Notes under the pieces: model-generated
Database searches by the model: none
The model's input: only the letters and a program-made list of their open reading frames with translations
Told to the model about the DNA's origin: nothing
Position numbers and translations under genes: made by a program
Shown: one piece after another, positions 44,214 through 53,700 of the stretch
How positions within the stretch are numbered: the first letter of the stretch is position 1
Layout of the letters: the number at the start of each line of letters is the position of its first letter
Source: Elusimicrobia bacterium GWA2_62_23
GTDB taxonomy: Bacteria > Elusimicrobiota > Elusimicrobia > Elusimicrobiales > UBA9959
Direction: 5' to 3'
DNA length: 64,000 nucleotides
NCBI GenBank assembly: GCA_001799635.1
Contig: MGTV01000008.1
Span: 879 to 64,878, forward strand

Positions 44214-47200
44214 ATGAACCTAGTAACTTGCGCCAGATCGAGGGTCCCCGGGAGAAGGCATGTCTTCTTCTGGGCCTTGGCGCTTGTCCTGGCGGCCCTG
44301 CCCGCTCTTAATGCCGCTGAATTCGAGACGGTGGATAAGCTTACCGCTAATGGTTTCTCCCTGTTGAAGTCCTCCGCCGAGGTACGCGGCCTGCTGGGTG
44401 TTTCCACCGGCGTGCCTTACGCCGCCCTGGACGTGGTCTCCACCGGTACGGCCTCCAATATCTACGCGCAGATCTGGCGCAACGGCGGCGGTGTGGAAGT
44501 GGCTTCCATGACTTCCACCGGCGTGCTCTACGCCACCTTCCCGCCCGGCGCCGGCGGGGACCACCTGGGCAACCACACCGCTACCGCCGACCTGAACATG
44601 ACGGCGCACAGCGTCCTTTCCGTGGCCTCGGTGACCATGGTGGGAACCGGCCTGCAGCTAGGCACGGACCTCACCTCTTCGGCTAACGGCCTCTTTATTT
44701 CCACCGCCGGCCAGGTCTTTACGCTGGGTCTTGGTAACGGCGCGGCGCTGCCTAACGCTCGCGGCATCGGGGCGGTAGACCTGCAGACTAAACGCACAAC
44801 TTCCGTGCAAGTGGCCAGTGGGACCTATGCGGTCATCTCGGGCGGCTACGCCAATACCGCTTCCGGAGACGCCGCGGCAGTGGCCGGCGGCTGGGGAAAT
44901 ACCGCTTCAGGCCTCAGGTCTTTTGCCGCCGGCAACGGCAATACGGCTTCCGGAGCGTATGCTTCGGTGACCGGCGGCACCGACAGCACCGCCTCTGGCA
45001 GCCACGCCGTGATAGGAGGCGGCAACACCAACGAGGCGTCCGGTGACCATTCAGCGGCGCTGGGCGGCCTGTGGAGCACGGCTTCCGGCAATTACAGCGC
45101 GGTAGGCGCAGGCTATCAAAATACCGCATCGGGCAGTTACAGTTCCGTCCTTGGCGGTAATACCAATACGGCCGCCGGCGGCTCGTCCACGGTGTTCGGC
45201 GGCGAGGAGAATGTGGCGCAGGGTTTCGGTTCCCTGGCCGGCGGCATGGGGTACAACTACGCCGGCGGAGATGACTCCATAGTCCTGTCGGCCTATAGCA
45301 CCACTACCGCTTATGGTTCCGCCATAGTGGGCGGCGAGGACCATTTCGCCAGCGGCGACCATTCCGCGGTAGTGGGAGGCTATGACAATACTGTCTCGGG
45401 GGACCAGGCTTTTATCGGCGGCGGCGACACCATAGACGTCAGGGGAGAGTATTCGGGGAACGTGGGCGGCCGCTACAATATCGTGCACGGCAGCAATTCA
45501 TTCGTGGGCGGCGGCAGCAATAACCAGGCTTTCGGATTCTATACCGCCATACTTGGCGGAGATTTTAACTGGGCCTACGCCAACGAGTCCGCCGTTGTCG
45601 GCGGCAACGCCAACGGCGCTTACGGAGAGGCGTCCGCCATACTCGGCGGCGTTAATAACCGGACCTATGGTTTTGGCTCTATAGTTCTCGGCGGCGACCG
45701 CAATCACGCCGCCGGCGACTATTCGCTCGCGGCCGGCCGCACCTCCTCTTCCACCGCCAATGGTTCCTTTACCTGGGCCGATTCTCAGGGCGGGACCACT
45801 GTAAGGACCATAAACAATATAGCGGACCGCACTTTATTTAAGAACCGCGGCGGTTTCATGATAACAGGTTCCACCAATACCTATATGACCGGGGGCGGTG
45901 ACCGGGGCGTGCTCGTGACCGGCGACGGTCTGCTGGGCATTTCCACCGGCGTGCCTTACGCCGCCCTGGACGTGGTTTCTTCGGCCACCGCCAGCAACGT
46001 TTACGCTCAGATCTGGCGCGACGGGGGCGGCGTCATAGTGGCGTCCATGACGTCGCAGGGCACGCTTTTTACCACCGCGGTAGGCAAAGGCGACAACCTG
46101 GGCAACCACACGGCCACGCAGAACCTGAACATGGTCGCCTTCGGGGTCAATACTTCCAGCGCCGTTACTGCGGCGTCTTACCAGATCGCGGGCAGCACGG
46201 TGCTAGCCATCCTTGGGGGAGACGGCAGCATCGCGGTGGGCCCCAATTCCAGCGCTTTCAGTACCGGCAACTACAACGTTTTTGTGGGTTCCGGCGCCGG
46301 CCACTCCAACACCAGCGGCCGCCGCAACACCTTTGTGGGCGCCGCCGCCGGATATTCCAACGATAACGACCAGATCAACACCTTTATCGGCTCGGAGTCC
46401 GGCTACAGCAATAACGCCGGTTGGGGCAATGTTTTTGTGGGAGATACCGCCGGCTATTCCAACACCAGCGGCTCCGAGAATACCATCATGGGCGGTTACA
46501 TGACGGGTTACGAGAATACCAGCGGTTGGGGCAACGTCTTCCTGGGTAACTACTCCGGGCAGAGCAATACCGAAGGAGACAAGAACACCTTTATCGGCTA
46601 CGGCTCCGGTGAGTTCAATGTCACGGGAGAAGGCAACGTCGCCGTTGGCTACAGCGCTGGTGACGCCAATGAGGCTGGCTCATTTAACGCCATTCTGGGA
46701 CATGAGGCAGGCTACAGTGTGGAAAGTTCCAGCAACACGCTCATGGGGTACCGTTCCGGATACAACCTGTGGACGGGCGGCAGGAATATCCTTCTGGGCT
46801 ATCAGGCCGGTTACAACTTGGAATCCGGAGCCGGTAATATCGTTATAGGCTACGACAGGAACGCCTCCGCGGAGAACGCTTCTAACGAACTTAACATCGG
46901 TGACGTCCTGTTCGGTAAACTGGACGACAGGACCATCGGCATCTCCACGCGCGTGCCGCAGGCGGCTTTGGATATCGTCTCCACCGGGACTGCGGCCAAT
47001 GTCTACGCGCAAATCTGGCGCAACGGCAGCGGTGTGGTGGTGGCGTCCATGACGTCGGAAGGCAAGCTCTTTGCCGACGGTTCCGGGCTTACCGGGGTGA
47101 ACGCGGCCACCGGCGGCACCGGGGGGGACAACCTGGGCACGCATATAGCTACACAGACCCTTAACATGTCCGGTTTCGATATCGTAGGGGTAGCGACAAT

Positions 47201-47705
47201 AACCGTTTCTGGCTATGTCGGCATTAGCACAGCGGTCCCGCAGGCGGCCCTGCATGTGGTGGGCGGAGGGGCTTCCTATGCCAACGCGCTTATAGTGGAT
47301 ACCCAGAAGGCCGACGGCGGGACCATAATCCTCGGCAATGATAGTGATTCCGGGGACCAGGTCCGTGTGGGCGTTAACGGGTACCTGCGGTCCCAGGCAG
47401 GTCGTTTTGGTATAGATACCACCGGTAATCCGCTTACCTTCGAGATATCCGAGTCGGAAAAAATGCGCGTAGCCGCCAGCGGGGCGGTGGGTATTGGAAC
47501 TAACAACCCTCTGGCGGGACTGGAAGTGAGGTCTTACTCTGACGGCAATTACACGGCCGTGGTGTCCACCTCAGCCACCGCGGGGATATACAGCGTAGCC
47601 GTGAGTTCGACCGGCATCACGCACGTGAACAATTTGGTGATCGAGAATCGCACTTCGGACCCTGCTGCCCCGGTTACGGGCCAGATCTGGTTCCGGGTGG
47701 ATTAG
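44214..47705 (+). CDS. Large secreted fibre/adhesin-like protein (1163 aa) with neck modules, YadA-head-like repeats and a ~15-aa GxxNTFxGxxAGYSN repeat array
   Basis: Signal peptide. Neck modules near 44400, 45940, 46940 and 47230. Three DxLGxHxAT motifs. About 13 tandem 15-aa repeats at about 46240-46860. Confidence 0.75.
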   Translation: MNLVTCARSRVPGRRHVFFWALALVLAALPALNAAEFETVDKLTANGFSLLKSSAEVRGLLGVSTGVPYAALDVVSTGTASNIYAQIWRNGGGVEVASMTSTGVLYATFPPGAGGDHLGNHTATADLNMTAHSVLSVASVTMVGTGLQLGTDLTSSANGLFISTAGQVFTLGLGNGAALPNARGIGAVDLQTKRTTSVQVASGTYAVISGGYANTASGDAAAVAGGWGNTASGLRSFAAGNGNTASGAYASVTGGTDSTASGSHAVIGGGNTNEASGDHSAALGGLWSTASGNYSAVGAGYQNTASGSYSSVLGGNTNTAAGGSSTVFGGEENVAQGFGSLAGGMGYNYAGGDDSIVLSAYSTTTAYGSAIVGGEDHFASGDHSAVVGGYDNTVSGDQAFIGGGDTIDVRGEYSGNVGGRYNIVHGSNSFVGGGSNNQAFGFYTAILGGDFNWAYANESAVVGGNANGAYGEASAILGGVNNRTYGFGSIVLGGDRNHAAGDYSLAAGRTSSSTANGSFTWADSQGGTTVRTINNIADRTLFKNRGGFMITGSTNTYMTGGGDRGVLVTGDGLLGISTGVPYAALDVVSSATASNVYAQIWRDGGGVIVASMTSQGTLFTTAVGKGDNLGNHTATQNLNMVAFGVNTSSAVTAASYQIAGSTVLAILGGDGSIAVGPNSSAFSTGNYNVFVGSGAGHSNTSGRRNTFVGAAAGYSNDNDQINTFIGSESGYSNNAGWGNVFVGDTAGYSNTSGSENTIMGGYMTGYENTSGWGNVFLGNYSGQSNTEGDKNTFIGYGSGEFNVTGEGNVAVGYSAGDANEAGSFNAILGHEAGYSVESSSNTLMGYRSGYNLWTGGRNILLGYQAGYNLESGAGNIVIGYDRNASAENASNELNIGDVLFGKLDDRTIGISTRVPQAALDIVSTGTAANVYAQIWRNGSGVVVASMTSEGKLFADGSGLTGVNAATGGTGGDNLGTHIATQTLNMSGFDIVGVATITVSGYVGISTAVPQAALHVVGGGASYANALIVDTQKADGGTIILGNDSDSGDQVRVGVNGYLRSQAGRFGIDTTGNPLTFEISESEKMRVAASGAVGIGTNNPLAGLEVRSYSDGNYTAVVSTSATAGIYSVAVSSTGITHVNNLVIENRTSDPAAPVTGQIWFRVD

Positions 47706-47773
47706 CCCGGCAGCGGGACGGGCAGCGACGTGCCGGGTTTTCGAACAGAAAACTGGCCTCTTCCCGCTTTTTA

Positions 47774-50700
47774 ATGTACGTCATGAACGAGTGCAGATAT
47801 AACAACCGTTGCTCTCGCTCCCGTATCCGTATGGGAGCGGTTTTTGCCGCTTTGTTGTTATCGTCTGTTCTTTTTGCGCCTGAGGGGGTTCGCGCGCAGG
47901 CCGTTCCGGACGGTATAGTTTCCTCCAAGTCCACCTCAACCTGCCATAATACCAATTCTTTTAATTTCTATTCGTCCTTCTCTGGAGCTTCCTATTACCG
48001 CTATGTCTGGGATACCAGCCCTACCCATACCTGGACGCACGCGGAAACCCAGTGGAGTTCCGGAGTCCTTAACCTTACGGCCGCCTCCGAAGGAACCTGG
48101 TATTTTCACGCTATGGCGTATGACAGCGGGGGGGTGCCGGGAACGGATATTCACCTGCCTCTGATCTACGATATCACTCTCCCTGTCGTTTCAGGTTTTT
48201 CCAGCCTGAATTCATCCGGCGGGACCGTGACCGAAAGCCAGTACAATAACCTGGCTTCCGGGGTTACCGTACAGATCACCGTGCAGGACGCTCTGGCGGG
48301 CCTGATAGTGACCACCGCTGCGGTACCTGGCGACATGCTCGGATTTCCCGGGGGGGTCTCCGTGGCGTATTCCAACGACGCCGGGCGTAACTGGGCCTAC
48401 GACACTGTAGTTTTAAGTTCTGATGGCGCTAAAACTTCGATCTTCTGTCTGGCAGTCTACAACGGCAGACTTTACGCCGGGCAGACTGGCAGCACTGGGG
48501 ACGGTGACGTGCTGGTATATGATGGCTCTTCCTGGAGCGTCAGCTACAACGGGTCCCAGACCGGTATCTACTCCCTGGCGGCCTATAACGGCAAACTTTA
48601 CGCTGGGCAAGGTCAGGGCACCGGGCTTGGAGATATTTACGTTTTCGACGGTGCCTCCTGGTCCCTTAATTACGACACTTCACGCGATATCACAATATCC
48701 ATGGCCGTTTATAACGGCAAACTCTACGCAGGCTGGGGCGACGACCTTGGAGAGGGTGACATCTATGCCTATGACGGCACTTCCTGGGTTTTTAGTTACA
48801 ACGGCGGCCAAGAGTATATACGTGCCCTGGCGGTATACAATAACAAACTTTACGCCGGGCAGGGCAGCGGCACTGGAGACGGCGACGTGCTGTCATACAA
48901 CGGGACTTCCTGGGGAACCAGTTATAATGGGGCACAGGAATACATAACATCGCTTTCGGTCTACAACGGCAAACTCTACGCCGCCCAGGGCAGCAGTACC
49001 GGAGACGGTGACGTATTTGTTTATGACGGTTCCTCGTGGACAACCAGTTATAACGGTTCGCAGGAAGTTGCCTACTTGGGGGTCTACGGCGGCAAATTGT
49101 ACGCGGGTGAGGGCACGGGCACTGGTGACGGCGATATGCTGGCTTTCGACGGGACCCGCTGGGGCCGCGTCGCGAATACGGATTATTCCTATGTTTACGC
49201 CCTCACGGGTTATGATGGGAGTCTCTTCACAGCCATGGGGAGCGGCACTCCCATGGGAGATATTTTGCGTTCGGCCCCTGCCGCCCCGGCAACGCTGACC
49301 GGTACCGACGGCACCACGGCGGCGCAGACCCTGTCGGCGGTGGTAAGTCTTTCCGCGTCCACCAATACGCAGACCTGCGCCGGGGCGGAGCCCTGCGGGG
49401 CCACCAACCAGGTGATCTTTACCGCCATGGACAGGGCCGGGAACGTGCGCCGCGCCGGGCCCTACGCGGTGCTGCTTTCCGTTACTCCTTCCGCGGCCGA
49501 GGTGGTTCCGGGGAAATCCACCGGGGTCTGGTACCATACCAGTTCCTTTACTTTTTCCTCGTCTTTCAAGGACGCGGCGTATTACCGGTACGCCTGGGAT
49601 ACTTCCGCCACCCATTCCTGGACTTATTCGGAACCGCAGTGGACGGCCTGGGTACTGTCCCCGGCCGGAGTTTCAGGGGCCGCCGGAAACTACCTGCACC
49701 TGCTGCCGTACAACATCGAGGGGACTTACGGGACCTCCCGGGATATAGGGCCGTTCTATCTGGACGCCTCTTCCCCGGTGGCGTCCGGCTTTGTCAGTTA
49801 CAGCTCTACCGCCGGCGTAATGGGTGAGGCCCAGGTGAATGGCCTGCTTTCCGGGGTCACCGTGCAGGTGACGGTTCAGGACATTCTCTCCGGCCTGTTG
49901 CTCAGCACCGCGGCGGTGCCGGCGGACCTGGCGGCCGGGCCCGGCGGTTTCGGGATGATGTATTCACAGGATTCCGGAACCACCTGGACGGTGAACGTGG
50001 CTTCCGTGTCCTTTGACGGTGCTGAAGAATATATCTTCGCGCTGGCGGCCTACAACGGGAAACTTTACGCGGGTCAGGGGAACGGGACCGGCAACGGGGA
50101 CGTTTATGTCTACGACGGAGTTTCCTGGAGCCTCAGCTATGACGGCGCCCAGGAAGCCATCTATTCCCTCGCCGTCTATAACGGCAAATTATACGCCGGA
50201 CAGGGATACAGTACCGGTGACGGGGATGTGCTGGTTTTTGACGGGTCGACCTGGGGCGTTTCTTTGGATAACCCTTTTGTTTCTTATGTTTACGCCATGA
50301 CCGAGTTCCAAGGTAAGCTATACGCCGCCTTCAGTAGTCCCGGATCTGTCTATTCTTTTGACGGGTCCTCCTGGACCAAGGTCTACGACTACAATACCAC
50401 GCTCGCCGACATGGCGGTGTACGACGGTAAACTGTACCTGGCCGCCATGTATTATATCCTGGTTTTCGACGGCAACTATTGGGGGATAACCTATGACGCC
50501 GGCGCTACGTATGTAAAGAAATTGGCCGTTTACAACAACAGGCTTTACGCCGGCCTTGGGGGTAGTACCGGTACCGGCGACGTGCTGGTGTACGACGGCA
50601 AGTCCTGGGCGATGAGTTTTGACGGTACCCAGGAATACATTGTTTCTCTCTTTCCTCACGACGGCAGGCTTTACGCCGGCCAGGGGAGCGGCACTGGGGA

Positions 50701-53700
50701 CGGCCGTATTTATGTTCTCAACGGCGCGACATGGACCCTGGCTTATTCCGGCCTGCAGGAGTATATCTATTCCATGGCGGCCTATAACGGAAAGCTTTAT
50801 GCCGGACAGGCCTACAGCTCCGGGGACGGCGACGTGATAGAATTTGCCCCCGCTTCCTCGGTGACCCTTAGCGGGAGCGACGGTTCCGTGGTTCCGCAAA
50901 CCCTTGCAGGCACGGCTAATTTTAAACTGTCTGCCACGGCGGACACCTGCTCCGGGACCTTCCCTTGTTCTGCCACTAACCAGGTCATTTTTACCGCTAC
51001 TGACAAGGCCGGCAACGTGCGGACGGCCGGTCCTTATGCCGTGCTGGTAGCGGGGCCGCCAAATTCTTCGGACGTTGACGCGCTCAAATCCACCGGCGTA
51101 TGGCATTCTTCCGGCACGTTCCCCTTCGTTTCCGGTTTTTCCGCCGCGGCTTATTACCGTTACGTCTGGGATAACTCGGTCTCCCATGACTGGACGGGCG
51201 GTGAAACGCAGTGGCCTTCGGGCGTTTTGTCGCTCGACGCGGCCGCGGAAGGAGCGGACTGGTATTTCCACGCCGTGCCGTACGACATCCTGGGCAGTTC
51301 CGGCCCCGACCGGCACATAGGGCCGCTCCGCTTCGACGCAACGCCGCCGGCCGTTTCCGCTTTCGCTTCTTTCAGTTCTACCGGCGGCTTGCTGGGGGAA
51401 TCTCAGTTCAACGATCTCCTGGCGGGGGTTACGGTGCAGCTGGTGGTACAGGACCTCCTGAGCGGCCTGGCGGTCTCGACCTTGGCGCCGGTTACCGAAC
51501 TTCCGGGAGGGCTGCAAGCCTTTTCCGTGGCTTATTCCAGCGACGCCGGACATGCCTGGAACACGCTCTCAACCGCTACCAGTTATAACGCTTCCCAGGA
51601 GGCGTTTTACTCGCTCGCGGTTTACGGTCAGAAGCTTTATGCCGGGCAGGCAAGCGAGGCCGGGGACGGGGACGTTTTCTCCTTCGACGGAACTTCCTGG
51701 GTGAAGACGTTCGACGGCACGCAGGAAACTATTTCCTGCCTCGCGGTTTACCAGGGGAAACTTTATGCCGGCCAGGGAACCGGCACCGGGGACGGGGACG
51801 TCTACGTTTATGACGGGATTTCCTGGCAGTTGAGTTATGACGGGCCGCGCAACATTATTTCCTCCCTCGCGGTTTACAAGGATAAACTCTACGCCGGCCA
51901 GGGCAGCAGTTCCGGTTACGGGGACGTGCTGGTGTTCGACGGCAGTTCCTGGAGCGTTTCCTATGACGGGGCGCAGGAATATATTTTTTCCCTCGCCGTG
52001 CACCAGGGGAGGCTTTATGCCGGACAGGGGAATGGCGCCGGGGACGGGGATGTGCTCGTTTACGACGGCATCAATTGGACGGTCAGTTATGACGGCGCCC
52101 AGGAGATTATAAACACCCTGGCCGTTTACGATGGCAAACTGTATGCCGGGCAGGGATACAATGCCGGGGATGGCGACGTGCTGGCCTTCGACGGGACCGC
52201 CTGGGGCGTTTCTTATGACGGGACCCAAGAAGGTATTTATTCACTGCAGCAGCACGGCGGTAAACTTTACGCCGGCCAGGGCAACGGTTCCGGAGACGGA
52301 GATCTCCTGGTCTATGACGGCGCCTCCTGGACCCTTGCCTGGAACGGGCCGCAGGAGGGCCTCTATTCCCTGGCCAGTTACAAGGGGCGCCTTTACTCCG
52401 GGCAGGGCATTTCTTCTGGCGACGGAGATGTCCTGGAGTTCTCTCCTTTCCCCGCCGTCCTGTCGGGCGCGGATGGGACCATTGCTCTGCAAACGGCCTC
52501 CTCCACGGTGCGCCTGGCCCTTTCTTCCAATACCCAGACCTGCGGCGGCGTAGAGCCTTGCGGAGCCACCAACCAGGTCCGTTTCTATTTTGCCGACCTG
52601 GCGGGAAATGTCACCCGGGCCGGTCCGTTTGCCGTCGTCACCCGGATCCCGCCTTCCGCCCAGAACGTAGTTTCCCTGAGATCCACGGGGACATGGTACA
52701 ACGCCGCGGCGGGTGATTTTACGTTCACTTCCGACTTTCAACAGGCGGTCTATTACCGTTACGCCTGGGACGCCTCTCCCACACGCGTCTGGGCTCATGA
52801 CGAAACACAGTGGCTTTCAGGAAATCTTGCCCTGGCGGGGGCGGACGGGCAGGACCGGTACCTCCACCTCCTGCCCCATGACCTGTCTGATTCCTCCGGT
52901 ACCCCTGTGGACCTCGGGCCTTTCCGGCTGGACAGCACCGCCCCATCCGTTTCCGGCTACAACTGGGTGAGTTCCACCGGCGGCCTCATGTCGGAAAGCC
53001 AGTTCCTTACCCTCGCGACAGGCGCGACTTTCCAGGTGTTGGCCCAGGACTCGGCTTCCGGCCTCATGGTCTCGTCCTATATTCCCACGGTGGGTTTTGA
53101 GGGCGGCAGCCTGCCCTCGGGCTTTTCTTCCGGCGGCAATCTGCCCTGGACGGTATCTTCTCTTATCCCCTACGCCGGCTCTTACGCGGTCCGTTCGGGG
53201 AATATCGGCAATTCCCAGTCTTCCTGGCTGCGCTTCCAGGGTGAATTACAGGCCGGCTTCCTGAATTTTTGGTTCAAATTGAGTTCCCAGAGTTCCTCCG
53301 ATTACCTCCGGTTCTATATAGACGGGGAGCAGCGGAGTGCGTGGAGCGGTGTTCTTGCCTGGAGCGAAGTGAGTTACGAAGTGGCGGCTGGGCAGCATAT
53401 CCTGGAATGGGTCTACGTCAAGGACGCTTCCTCTTATTCCGGTGATGACGAGGCCTGGGTCGACCAGATAACTTTTCCTGGCACTTACATGGCCGCTGAA
53501 TATTCCCTGGACGCCGGGACAACCTGGGCGGAAGTCCGGGATTTTTCCGCCGGCGCTATCCCGGGCCTGGCTTTGACCGGAGTCAATGGTACTGTGGCCC
53601 AGCAGACGGCATCGCTCTTTTCTCCCGCGTTCAAGGTTTCCACCAACACCCAGACCTGCGGCGGCGTAGAGCCTTGCGGGGCTACCAACCAGATACGTTT

